64,000 bases of DNA, taken from the NCBI GenBank assembly GCA_964371445.1, contig CAYJLK010000002.1, positions 43,718 to 107,717 on the forward strand, in the 5' to 3' direction. Each line of letters begins with the position of its first letter. Position 1 is the stretch's first letter. Below the pieces are notes generated by a model that did no database searches, was not told the origin of the DNA, and saw nothing but the letters and a program-made list of their open reading frames with translations. Positions 21,476-31,001 of this stretch are shown here, piece after piece. Source of the stretch: an uncultured Candidatus Saccharibacteria bacterium (GTDB lineage: Bacteria; Patescibacteriota; Minisyncoccia; Phycocordibacterales; Phycocordibacteraceae). Position numbers and translations under genes: made by a program.

Positions 21476-22491
21476 GGTTTTGTGGGCGTGATGTCCGCGA
21501 TGAGGTTCACGAACGAGGCTCCCGGCGTCTTATCGGGGAGCGTGACGCCCGCCGCCGCATATATCCTACCGATATTCGTGAATGCCGTTCCGAGTGCGAT
21601 TACCGCCCTTGGATACTGATCGAGCGCGAGCATCGTCGCGAGCGGATCGGTATCGGCACGCGTGAAATCGGTCGCTATCTGGCTCATGCGCATGAGTGCA
21701 TTGACCAGCGTGAGCGCATCGGCGGCGAGCTCCTTGGGCACCGGCAACACGGCGAGACCGACCGCAGAATCCCGATACGCCTTCGCTATCGAAGCGATGT
21801 GCGGATATGCCGTAGTATCGCCGTTGAGGAGAGCACTCTTCAGATAATTAATCTCGCTCGTCGTCGCATTACTCGTATTCTTCAGGAGTACCGCTTCAGC
21901 GCTCACCGCAAATGTCTTGAGCGCATCGGCACCGAAGCCAGAAACCGCAAGGTCTTTTGCGGATCGGTAATCGGGGGCGATGGCGATGGTCGACTTGAGC
22001 GATTCGAGAGCCTGACCGGAGATGGCAACCATCTCGCTTTCAGACAGATTCGCCCCGCCCTTCGCTTCCTTCGCCGCCAGATAGATCGTGAAGAAATTTC
22101 TCGCGAAGGCGGCAGTCAAGGTCCCTTCTGCGGGCGGCGGCGGGAGCGAGCCGTCGAGGCTCATAGGAGAGGAGGAGGCCGTGACGGCAATATCGGCAAT
22201 CGCTTTCGGTACGATCAGACCCTTGGTGACAGCGGCGCCGTCGGTCATGCCGAGACGGAACGTATCGGTCATATGCGAATCGGTCCCGTAGAGCGCCTCT
22301 TCCCAATCAGGGAGACCGTCGCCGTCGGTATCTCGTGTCGCGATCGCTTGGAGAAGCTCTGTTTCAGTAGAAGCCTGAGCGGTCGAAGGAGACTCGACGC
22401 TCTTCGCGAGCATATAGGCGCCAATGACCAAAACCGCTGAGAAGAGCGATGCGGCTACGATTCGCCAATGTGGAAGCAGTCTTTCCCCCAT
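21472..22491 (-). CDS. Membrane-anchored protein with TSP3-like calcium-binding motif
   Basis: N-terminal TM helix; DTDGDGLPDWEE motif. Confidence 0.8.
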   Translation of the reverse strand: MGERLLPHWRIVAASLFSAVLVIGAYMLAKSVESPSTAQASTETELLQAIATRDTDGDGLPDWEEALYGTDSHMTDTFRLGMTDGAAVTKGLIVPKAIADIAVTASSSPMSLDGSLPPPPAEGTLTAAFARNFFTIYLAAKEAKGGANLSESEMVAISGQALESLKSTIAIAPDYRSAKDLAVSGFGADALKTFAVSAEAVLLKNTSNATTSEINYLKSALLNGDTTAYPHIASIAKAYRDSAVGLAVLPVPKELAADALTLVNALMRMSQIATDFTRADTDPLATMLALDQYPRAVIALGTAFTNIGRIYAAAGVTLPDKTPGASFVNLIADITPTKP

Positions 22492-22575
22492 AGTATCGCT
22501 TTAAAGTATAGCAGTCGTGCCGGAGAGAGATAGTGTCTGTATAGGTATAAAGGTGCACTACGGCACCGGCGCATG

Positions 22576-23346
22576 TCAGACGTTCGCCAGAGTGAGCCAG
22601 TCGGAAAGGGAGAGGTCCTCGGCGCGCGCCTTTTCCGGGATATTCCCCTGCGACAGACCTGCTTCTGCAAGATTCTTCCGCACGAATTTCCGCTTGTGGG
22701 CGAACCCGGCGTGCAGAAGCACGAAAAATATCTCTTCTTGAGCCTTTGACGCGAAGCGCCGACGCGAGATACCGCGGATAGAAAGCACTGCCGAGTCTAC
22801 CTTCGGTGCGGGCAGAAATGCGCCGCGCTTGACCGTGAATTCGTATGTCGGTTCGCCATACGCCTTCACCGAGAGCGAGAGGATGCTTTCTTTCTTCGAA
22901 CGGGTGATACGCTCGGCGACTTCTTTCTGCACGAGGAGCGTCATTGCGCTCGGCTGGTTCGATGTCTCGAGGAACATGCGAAATATTTCTCCTGTCAGGT
23001 AGTACGGGATGTTCGCGACAAGCGCGTATCCTTTCGGGAGCGAAGAAATGTCGAACGTGCGGATGTCACCGTGCAGCAACTCTAATCTCCCCCTCGCGCG
23101 CTCATCTGCGAAGTCGCTCTCTAATGTTTCAAAAAGTCCCTGGTCTGCCTCAAGCGCGATCACCTTTCGCGATAGCTTCAAGAGCTCGCGCGTGAGCATC
23201 CCCGTTCCGGGCCCTATCTCGAACACAACTGCGTCCGGAGAGAGGCCCGCGACAAGCGCGATGCGCTCGGCAATGCGCGCATGCATCAGGAAATTTTGTC
23301 CGAGCGATTTTCTCGCCTTGAACGCCGTTGAAGGGTTAGCCCGCAT
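22576..23346 (-). CDS. rsmA: 16S rRNA m6,2A dimethyltransferase
   Basis: KSLGQNFL, EIGPGTG and ANIPYY. Confidence 0.96.
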   Translation of the reverse strand: MRANPSTAFKARKSLGQNFLMHARIAERIALVAGLSPDAVVFEIGPGTGMLTRELLKLSRKVIALEADQGLFETLESDFADERARGRLELLHGDIRTFDISSLPKGYALVANIPYYLTGEIFRMFLETSNQPSAMTLLVQKEVAERITRSKKESILSLSVKAYGEPTYEFTVKRGAFLPAPKVDSAVLSIRGISRRRFASKAQEEIFFVLLHAGFAHKRKFVRKNLAEAGLSQGNIPEKARAEDLSLSDWLTLANV

Positions 23347-23365
23347 GAGTGTATACTTTCATTGT

Positions 23366-23689
23366 ATGGAAAAACATCATCTTACGCCAGACAACTTCGA
23401 CCGTGAAGGAGGAGTCCGCCACATCTTGCGTTACGAGCACAGTTTTGGGCATGATGATCTCGAGCGAGCAAAGGAGGTAGTGCTTAAAGGCATCGAACAC
23501 ATCGAGAACAAGACAAAAACAACTTCCGGTATGGGCGCTCACCATTTCGATATCGCAATGAAGTATTTCAAAGAGAACCCCGAAGGCAAAGTTGAGTGGA
23601 AGAAAATTCCGGAACACCAGCGCCCGCATGTTGAAGCGGCTCTCAAACGACACTTCGGCATTTCTGAACCGGAACAAGAGGCCGCCTAA
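23366..23689 (+). CDS. Hypothetical His-rich protein
   Basis: Start at ATG 23366 after TATACT; 107 aa, divergent from rsmA. Confidence 0.65.
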   Translation: MEKHHLTPDNFDREGGVRHILRYEHSFGHDDLERAKEVVLKGIEHIENKTKTTSGMGAHHFDIAMKYFKENPEGKVEWKKIPEHQRPHVEAALKRHFGISEPEQEAA

Positions 23690-25593
23690 GCCTCGATGAT
23701 CTCCTCTCCGTTGGTCTCGTCATAGCACATCAGCGCCCCATCGATATCGGCAAGAAAGGATGACGGTTCTGCATACGTATCGCTCCCATAAATTTTACGA
23801 ATGCGCGCGAGCGTGAGAAAGAGACGATTCTGTGCGCGTGTCATCGCGACATAGAAGAGTCGCCGTTCCTCTTCTTCATCACGGTCATTCTCGCCGCCCA
23901 TACCTTGGTGCGGGAACAGACCTTCCTCCATGCCGCTCACGAAAACCGTATCGAATTCAAGACCTTTTGCCGCATGAACGGTCATGAGAGTGACACCCGT
24001 TTTCTCCCCCTGATCGAGCTCGTCCTGATCGCTCGCTAGGGCCGCTTCGGCCAGATATGCCGCGATACCCTCCTTCCCGGGGGTCATATCGTGCCGTGTC
24101 GCGACCGAGGCGAGCTCTTCGACGTTCTGGAATCGCTCGCGATCTTCTTCACTTCCCTCGTCGTAGAGTACGCGGCGCATGCCGCTCTTCTCCACGACGA
24201 GCTTCACAAATGCCGACGGTGCGAGTGCGGCGGCCGCGCGAGCGAGTTCGTCGATGACTCTTTCAAACGCTTCAACTTTCGCGAGTTCTCCGGCACGAAG
24301 AGCGGAACGCTGCCCTGCGGCGAGCTTCCCGAGCGTCACCTTGCCGATCCCGCGCGCCGGCGCGGCGGCCGCGCGCAATTTATCGACTTCGCGCGAAGGA
24401 TCTATCGCGAGCCGCATCCACGCGAGCGCATCTTTCACCTCCTTGCGCGCGAAGAATCGCGTACCCAAGAGCTTGTATGGTACGCCCGCATGCAGCAGAC
24501 CCTCCTCGAGCGCGCGCGATTGGAAATTCGTGCGGAAGAGTATCGCGATTGCTTCGGGCTTCACACCATCGTGCATCAGCTCGCGCACCTTGTGCGCGAT
24601 CCAACTCGCCTCATCCTCGGCGCTTCGCGCGATATGCACTGTTATCGGCTCGCCCTTCGCGCGCTCGGTCGTCGAATATTTCTCTTTGCGATTTTTATTC
24701 TTCTCGATCACTGCATTCGCCGCATCCACCAGATTTTTCGTCGAACGGTAATTGCGTTCGAGAATAATCGTCTGCGATTCCGGATATTCTTTATCGAACT
24801 CAAGCAGATTTTCTATCGTCGCGCCGCGCCAGGTGTAGATGGTCTGGTCGATATCGCCCACGACAAACAGATTCCGATGCTTCGCCGCGAGCATGTTCGC
24901 GAGCCGGCCTTGGAGCGCGTTCGTATCCTGATACTCATCGATATGGATATAGCGCCAGCGATCCTGTGCGAGCGCGCGGATGTCCGCATGTTCTTCGAGG
25001 AGCCGAACCGGAAGCGCGATAAGGTCGTCAAAGTCGAGCGCCTTTTCAGAGGCGAGCGCCTTCTCGTAGCGCAACCACGCTTCCGCGGTAATGCGCCCCC
25101 CGAAGCCGCCGCGTGCATACTTTTCATAGAACTCGCTCGCACGAAGCCCTTCGCTCTTCGCACGCGAGATCCGGCCCAAGATGGCGCGAGGCGAGAACTC
25201 CTTTGCGGTCACATCGAGCGCCTTGAGCGCCGCCGCTATCGCCTTTTCAGAATCGTCGCGGTCATACACGCTGAAGAAGCGCGGGACACCGATCGCTTTC
25301 CCGTAACTTTCCAAAAGCTCGCGTCCGAGGCCGTGGAAGGTCGCGACAAACGGGACGCCGGCGTCCGCACCGAGCATCGCCCGCACCCGTTCGCGCATCT
25401 CCCGGGCGGCCTTGTTGGTAAACGTAACGGCCAAAATCTCATTGGCGGGCACCCCCTCGCGGATAAGGTGGTAGATACGGGTGGTGAGCACACGCGTTTT
25501 CCCGCTCCCCGCACCGGCGAGGACCGACAGAGGGCCGTGGAGAGCGAGTACAGCTCGCCGTTGAGCCTCGTTTAAGCCTTCGAGATATTTCAC
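23686..25593 (-). CDS. pcrA: UvrD/PcrA DNA helicase
   Basis: AGAGSGKT, DEYQDTN, TVHAAKGLEF and EERRLFYVAMTRA; start GTG 25593 or ATG 25644. Confidence 0.95.
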   Translation of the reverse strand: MKYLEGLNEAQRRAVLALHGPLSVLAGAGSGKTRVLTTRIYHLIREGVPANEILAVTFTNKAAREMRERVRAMLGADAGVPFVATFHGLGRELLESYGKAIGVPRFFSVYDRDDSEKAIAAALKALDVTAKEFSPRAILGRISRAKSEGLRASEFYEKYARGGFGGRITAEAWLRYEKALASEKALDFDDLIALPVRLLEEHADIRALAQDRWRYIHIDEYQDTNALQGRLANMLAAKHRNLFVVGDIDQTIYTWRGATIENLLEFDKEYPESQTIILERNYRSTKNLVDAANAVIEKNKNRKEKYSTTERAKGEPITVHIARSAEDEASWIAHKVRELMHDGVKPEAIAILFRTNFQSRALEEGLLHAGVPYKLLGTRFFARKEVKDALAWMRLAIDPSREVDKLRAAAAPARGIGKVTLGKLAAGQRSALRAGELAKVEAFERVIDELARAAAALAPSAFVKLVVEKSGMRRVLYDEGSEEDRERFQNVEELASVATRHDMTPGKEGIAAYLAEAALASDQDELDQGEKTGVTLMTVHAAKGLEFDTVFVSGMEEGLFPHQGMGGENDRDEEEERRLFYVAMTRAQNRLFLTLARIRKIYGSDTYAEPSSFLADIDGALMCYDETNGEEIIEA

Positions 25594-25819
25594 TTTCCAA
25601 ATATACCCCAAAACCCGCTCTCCACAGGTATCCGGGGGCTTCATTGACTACCAGTCTCACTCGGCTATACTCCCTGTATCGCTGATATGGAAGTACGCAA
25701 GGAATGGCTTATGTAAGCCATTTTTGTATTAAAGACCGACCATCTGGACCCCCTGTTTCCCTATTACATTCAACTCTACATTCTTCATACTCGGACTCGC
25801 GGCCATTTTCTCTACCGCA

Positions 25820-26833
25820 GTGTTCCTGCCAGATCGCGTGAACGCCTTCTGGCCGTTTTCTACAAATGCGGATGCCGCCATCGGCACCTTCATGCCGGGA
25901 TCTTCGACGCCAGCGCTCCAAGCGTCCGTCAATATTGATCCGAATCCGAACAAAGGTCTCGGCGACAACATTCAGACAACCGGGGGTCGGGCGCTCCTCG
26001 CAAGCGCCGGTCCTTCCGGCACTATCGCGGACGTCGCGGGCGCAACGGCTCCCGACCACATTTCGGTATACGTCGTCCGTCGGGGCGACACGCTCTCCGA
26101 TATCGCAACCATGTTCGGGGTCTCGGTAAATACCATCATTTGGGCGAACAACCTCTCCGGCGTACGGGATGTCCATCCGGGCGACACTCTTATCATCCTG
26201 CCGATTTCCGGCGTCGAGCGCACCATCGTAAAGGGCGATACGCTCAAATCTATTGCGAAAAAGTACGGCGCCGATGCAAACGAAATAGCTCAGTACAACG
26301 GTCTTGATCCTGCAGAGCCGCTTGCTATCGGTTCAACGGTCATTATCCCCGGCGGCGAAGTCGCTCCGGCGGCTTCAGTCGCCCCCAAGGGCTCCGCTCC
26401 GCGCAAGATTAAGAGCGAACCGTACCTCGGCGGAAGCGGCTCCGCCCAACCCGGTTACTACACGAATCCCGTGCCGGGCAGCATCTTTACCCAGGGTATC
26501 CACGGATGGAACGGCATCGACTTCGGTGCGGCGCGCGGCACACCGATCCATGCCGCGGCGGCCGGTACGGTCATCATCGCGCGCAATAACGGCGGGTGGA
26601 ACGGCGCCTACGGGAACTATGTCGTTATCACGCACGATAACGGCACCCAGACGCTCTACTCACACATGCGGAGCGCCATCGTGTCTCCAGGACAGTTCGT
26701 CTCGTCGGGCCAGGTTATCGGCTATGTCGGATCAACCGGTCTCTCGACCGGTCCGCACCTCCACTTTGAAGTCCGCGGTGCCGCCAACCCTTTCCGTACG
26801 TGCTCAGTCGGTAGCGTCTGTGCTCCGCAATGA
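25820..26833 (+). CDS. LysM x2 plus M23 family peptidase
   Basis: Two LysM repeats (GDTLSDIA, GDTLKSIA); YGNYV, YSHM and STGPHLHFEV; true start probably further upstream. Confidence 0.92.
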   Translation: MFLPDRVNAFWPFSTNADAAIGTFMPGSSTPALQASVNIDPNPNKGLGDNIQTTGGRALLASAGPSGTIADVAGATAPDHISVYVVRRGDTLSDIATMFGVSVNTIIWANNLSGVRDVHPGDTLIILPISGVERTIVKGDTLKSIAKKYGADANEIAQYNGLDPAEPLAIGSTVIIPGGEVAPAASVAPKGSAPRKIKSEPYLGGSGSAQPGYYTNPVPGSIFTQGIHGWNGIDFGAARGTPIHAAAAGTVIIARNNGGWNGAYGNYVVITHDNGTQTLYSHMRSAIVSPGQFVSSGQVIGYVGSTGLSTGPHLHFEVRGAANPFRTCSVGSVCAPQ

Positions 26834-26844
26834 AATAGAGGAAG

Positions 26845-26880
26845 AAAATCCCGCGGCGCCAGAGGCGCCGCGGGTGTTTT
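26845..26880. terminator. Bidirectional terminator
   Basis: CCCGCGGCGCC-AGA-GGCGCCGCGGG flanked by A and T tracts between convergent genes. Confidence 0.75.
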
Positions 26881-26890
26881 AATTTTTCAA

Positions 26891-28471
26891 TCATTCGAAT
26901 CCAAAGAGGCCGCGGGGGCGATACTGCAAAGCTTCGTGTACAAAGGAGGGAGTCACGGTATCGGCGCCCGCAAGGTCGGCAATCGTGCGCGCCACCCGCA
27001 TCGTGCGGTGGTAGGAGCGCGGTGAGAGATGCAGGCGCGCGGCAGACTGAGTGAGCGTCTCTTTTGCGGCAGTGGTGAAGCCGCTCTTCTCATCGAGTTC
27101 GCGCCCGGTGAGAGCACCGTTCGTCGCTCCCCGCTTCCCGGTGCGGCGCTCGACGCGCGTGCGCGCCGCGACGACACGCTTGCGCACTTCTTCAGAAGGT
27201 TCGCCGTCTGAAAGTTTAGCGAGTGTGTCGTGCGGGACAAGCGGCACTTCAATCCAGAGATCCAAGCGGTCAACGATTGGCCGGCTGATGCGGCGCGCCT
27301 GTTTCGCCGCGGCGCGAAGCGCGACGCGAGAGTCGTCAGAGAGCGTATCCGCCGGATTCATCGCCGCGACAATCATGCAGTCAGCCGGGAACGTGACGGT
27401 CGCGCGAGCGCGCGAGACGGTCACGATGCGGTCTTCAAGCGGCTGGCGAAGCGCCTCAAGCGTCCGCGAGTCGAACTCCGGGAACTCGTCGAGAAAAAGA
27501 ACTCCCTTGTGCGCAAGCGTCACTTCACCCGCCTTCGGGAAGGCGCCGCCGCCCACGATGGCGACATGCGATATCGAGTGATGCGGCGCGCGAAAGGGCG
27601 GCCAATAGACCGCCTCGCTTTCGGTGAGGAGTCCGGCCGTCGAGTGTATCGCCGTCACTTCGAGCATATCGTCGTCAGTAAGTGGCGGGAGAATCCCCGA
27701 GAGAGCGCGGGCAAGCATCGTCTTGCCGGTGCCGGGCGGTCCATAGAAGACGATGTTGTGCCGGCCAGCGGCCGCGATCTCGAGCGCGCGCTTCGCGCTC
27801 TCCTGCCCTTTCACATCTGCGAGATCGAGCGCGGGCGGCGGCGGTGCGGTGCGGCGGTCGCGCACGAGCTTTGGCAAAGGCTTCACTCCTTTTAAATGTT
27901 CGATGAGTTCAGAGAGCGACTTCGGCGCATACACGGTCATACCCTCGGCAAGTAGCGCCTCGCGAGCATTCCCTGGTGGTACGAAAATGGTCTTTGTCCC
28001 ATGGCGCTTCGCGGCGAGCACCTGCGGGAGCACACCCTTCACCGCTCGAAGCGTGCCGTCGAGAGAGAGCTCGCCAATCAAGAGCATCTCGTCTTCAGGA
28101 GGGCGGAGGTCGCCCGCGGCGATGAGATAGGCGAGAGCGAGGGAAAGGTCGTAGTGCGAACCTTCTTTTTTCAGATCCGCCGGCGAGAGCGAGAGGATGA
28201 TGCGCTTATTCTGTTGCTTCGGAGACTTATAGCCCGAGTGGCGGATAGCGGCCGAGACGCGGTCGCGTGCCTCGTCGACCGCTTTATCAGCGAGACCGAC
28301 GACGGCGAAATTATGTAAGCCGCGCGTGAGGTCAGCCTCCACGCTCACGAGTTCAGCGCCAGAACCGACCGGCTGTGCGGCGAGCGTCTTGGCGTAACCG
28401 GCTTTCGGTAATGGAGCTTTCTTTGTCGAGCGAACCGTTGCAGGATCCGATCGAGCGACAGCCATGGGCAA
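26891..28471 (-). CDS. comM: ComM/YifB Mg-chelatase-like AAA+ ATPase
   Basis: [30 protein letters not shown] and LFLDEFPEF. Confidence 0.93.
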   Translation of the reverse strand: MPMAVARSDPATVRSTKKAPLPKAGYAKTLAAQPVGSGAELVSVEADLTRGLHNFAVVGLADKAVDEARDRVSAAIRHSGYKSPKQQNKRIILSLSPADLKKEGSHYDLSLALAYLIAAGDLRPPEDEMLLIGELSLDGTLRAVKGVLPQVLAAKRHGTKTIFVPPGNAREALLAEGMTVYAPKSLSELIEHLKGVKPLPKLVRDRRTAPPPPALDLADVKGQESAKRALEIAAAGRHNIVFYGPPGTGKTMLARALSGILPPLTDDDMLEVTAIHSTAGLLTESEAVYWPPFRAPHHSISHVAIVGGGAFPKAGEVTLAHKGVLFLDEFPEFDSRTLEALRQPLEDRIVTVSRARATVTFPADCMIVAAMNPADTLSDDSRVALRAAAKQARRISRPIVDRLDLWIEVPLVPHDTLAKLSDGEPSEEVRKRVVAARTRVERRTGKRGATNGALTGRELDEKSGFTTAAKETLTQSAARLHLSPRSYHRTMRVARTIADLAGADTVTPSFVHEALQYRPRGLFGFE

Positions 28472-28819
28472 TTATAAATGCTTCACGCAGGTCGTCGCGG
28501 CGGCGTCGGCGCTGAGGCGCGCCTCTCCTATCTCCTCACCGCAGATTTCGCACTTCCCATACTCTTTCTTCTCGATTCTCGAAAGCGCTTCGAGGACCGT
28601 ATCGTATCGCGACTCGAGATCAGCGAGGATGGCGGTATTGCTTTCGCGGCTCATCACGACATCGGCTTGGTCGGCGAGGTCAGACTCGGTGCCCACCTCC
28701 GACGGGACGGCTTCCCAGTCCCCCGGGACGGTCGGATTCTTGCGGCCGACCGTTCCCATCTCCGACTCGAGTCGCGCCTTTTCTTCCTCGAGCTTCTTTC
28801 TAAATTGTTCGGTTTTCAT
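28472..28819 (-). CDS. DksA/TraR family zinc-finger protein
   Basis: DLADQA coiled-coil tip; YGKCEICGEEI...RL...CVKH; start at ATG 28819. Confidence 0.85.
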   Translation of the reverse strand: MKTEQFRKKLEEEKARLESEMGTVGRKNPTVPGDWEAVPSEVGTESDLADQADVVMSRESNTAILADLESRYDTVLEALSRIEKKEYGKCEICGEEIGEARLSADAAATTCVKHL

Positions 28820-28836
28820 GCAGGGATAATAGCAGA

Positions 28837-29943
28837 TTATTGGGTGCGCGAGGTTGCAAGCCGTTTTAGTATCTCGACGAATGCGGCGGTGTCGCGAGCG
28901 ATGACAAGCGTCACCTGATTCCAATACCCATAGAGAAAGACGCTCCGGCCCGACTCGTCGTGATACACACGCACGTCATGATTGGCGATTGTCGTGTCGG
29001 AAAATCCTGCGACAGCCATCGCCTGCGGCACACTCGTCGAGGCGGTCGAACCGGATGCGACCGGATAGGGAGGGAACAGTCTGACGAGACTGCGCGGCAT
29101 TGTTTTTTCCCATGCGAGCATGCCTGAGAAGGTATTACTGTATGACGAAACGGAAAGTATGAAGAAGGGACTTTGACTGCCGCCCGCGTTCACGACCCCC
29201 GCCATACTGCCCTCCGTGTTCACGTTCCGAATCAAGACACTCGGTATCGACAGCGGAAGTGCAGTGAAGACACTTCCGGTCGTACTTGCGATATAGAGGA
29301 GCCGAACGTTGTTCGGAGTAAGGGAACGAGCGACCGACTTCTCGACCGCACTGAGGAGCGCGGAACCGGTGCCCGAGATCTGTTCGCGATCATCGACAAA
29401 GATCGGTGCCTGCACGCTCGGAGCCAACACAACGGGAGCGAGCGCCGTTTGGTACCGAGAATATGCGATGTACGCGCCGGCGGCGCCGGCGATGAGGAGG
29501 ATGCCGCCCGCAATAGAATAGAGCACGTTCGCCCGCGAAGGTCCCTGCGGCGCAGATGAGTGCACGAGCACGGGCGCCGAATCCTGTTCAGCAGCGAGCA
29601 CTGTTGCAGATGACGCATGTTGCTCCTTCATCCTGTCCGAAAAATCACTCGAATACGTCTTGATCGGAGCATTTGCCGGCGCGGGCGGTATGTAAGCCGG
29701 TGCGGCTTTAGGAACAATGGACGGATTCTGGATTGAAACAGGCACCGGTATCGGCGTCGCAGGAGCCGCCACTGGGCGCTCTTCTAGTGTCGGAGCAGTG
29801 AGCGGCACGAGGTCGGGCGCATTACCCTTTTTAAACGTCTCCATGTCGCCCGCGAAGGTGCGGATATATTTCTCCGGTTCCTGCGCACCGGCAGGCGGAG
29901 ATTCTTTGTCTGGCGGAACAGAAGGAGTGCCCTGAGTGTCCAT
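28837..29943 (-). CDS. Bitopic membrane hypothetical protein with Pro-rich N-terminus
   Basis: Long ORF with a single central TM helix. Confidence 0.8.
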   Translation of the reverse strand: MDTQGTPSVPPDKESPPAGAQEPEKYIRTFAGDMETFKKGNAPDLVPLTAPTLEERPVAAPATPIPVPVSIQNPSIVPKAAPAYIPPAPANAPIKTYSSDFSDRMKEQHASSATVLAAEQDSAPVLVHSSAPQGPSRANVLYSIAGGILLIAGAAGAYIAYSRYQTALAPVVLAPSVQAPIFVDDREQISGTGSALLSAVEKSVARSLTPNNVRLLYIASTTGSVFTALPLSIPSVLIRNVNTEGSMAGVVNAGGSQSPFFILSVSSYSNTFSGMLAWEKTMPRSLVRLFPPYPVASGSTASTSVPQAMAVAGFSDTTIANHDVRVYHDESGRSVFLYGYWNQVTLVIARDTAAFVEILKRLATSRTQ

Positions 29944-29984
29944 TACGCTCTATAATAGCGCATCGCGCACGATGTGTACCGCTG

Positions 29985-30500
29985 TTATGCGCGCGAGGTG
30001 ATGGTGTATTTGCGCGGATCGTCGCACAGATCGGTGAATGCATGCGCCGCTTCCTTCAGTTTGCCCGAAGAAGATTTGCCGAAGGAGATGACCTCTACCT
30101 GACACCCCTCGTTCATGTCCAAGTACTGGATGAGCGGGATGAAATCGCCGTCGCCGGTGACAAGCACGACGGTATCGAGCTTCGGAGCGAGCTTGACCGC
30201 GTCAATCGCGAGCCCGACGTCCCAATCGGCCTTCTTCGCACCATCGGCGAATATCTGAAGGTCTTTCACCTTCGTCTCGATACCCATCTTGGTGAGCGCT
30301 TCGAAGAAGTTTGACTCTTCGCCGCTCTCGGTCGAGATGACGTAGGCGATGGCGCGCACGAGGATGCGGCCGCCCACGGCCTCTTCGAGAACCTTTCCGA
30401 AGTTGACGCGCGCCTTATAGAGATGTTTCGCACTGTGATAGAGATTTTGTGTGTCTATGAATACGCCGACACGCTGAGCGGGATGTTTGATAACTGCCAT
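29985..30500 (-). CDS. NYN domain (LabA/DUF88) protein
   Basis: FIDTQNL, KKADWDV and VTGDGDF. Confidence 0.92.
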   Translation of the reverse strand: MAVIKHPAQRVGVFIDTQNLYHSAKHLYKARVNFGKVLEEAVGGRILVRAIAYVISTESGEESNFFEALTKMGIETKVKDLQIFADGAKKADWDVGLAIDAVKLAPKLDTVVLVTGDGDFIPLIQYLDMNEGCQVEVISFGKSSSGKLKEAAHAFTDLCDDPRKYTITSRA

Positions 30501-30640
30501 ATAAATTTTCTTATAAAAACAAAATAATAAAACGACTCACTCACCCCATACTACCACCAAACGAGCGAGTAAAAGGAAGATTCCGATATTTCTTTTACGA
30601 ACGAGCGCAGGTGGAAAGCTTTGCTTACCACCCAAAAAAG

Positions 30641-30907
30641 CTATTTCTTGAGACCCAACTTCTTTATCAAAGCGTTGTAACGGCGCTTGTCATTCGTCTC
30701 GAGATAGCGGAGATGCATGCGACGATCGGCAACCATCTGCAAGAGACCGCGACGAGAATGAAAATCCTTCGGGTTTTTCTTCAAATGTTTTGCGAGTTCG
30801 TCGATCTGACGCGAAAGGAGCGCGACCTGTACATCCGGAGAACCGGTGTCAGTGTCGTGCCGGGCGGTGCTTTTCATCACCGCCGCCTTTTTCTTCGTGG
30901 TAAGCAT
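30641..30907 (-). CDS. rpsO: 30S ribosomal protein uS15
   Basis: DTGSPDVQVALL and KDFHSRRGL. Confidence 0.97.
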   Translation of the reverse strand: MLTTKKKAAVMKSTARHDTDTGSPDVQVALLSRQIDELAKHLKKNPKDFHSRRGLLQMVADRRMHLRYLETNDKRRYNALIKKLGLKK

Positions 30908-31001
30908 GAGTAGAGATACCCTACCATATCTTGCCTATTTACGCAAGTGTTATGGAATGCAGCTATTAATATTGTGCGCACATTATTGGTATACTTTCTA
31001 T

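Noticed and set aside
25593-25644. Possible decayed start-codon element at pcrA (ATGAA...GTGAA, 51 bp in frame)
   Set aside because: No convincing terminal inverted repeat, so it cannot be distinguished from an alternative start
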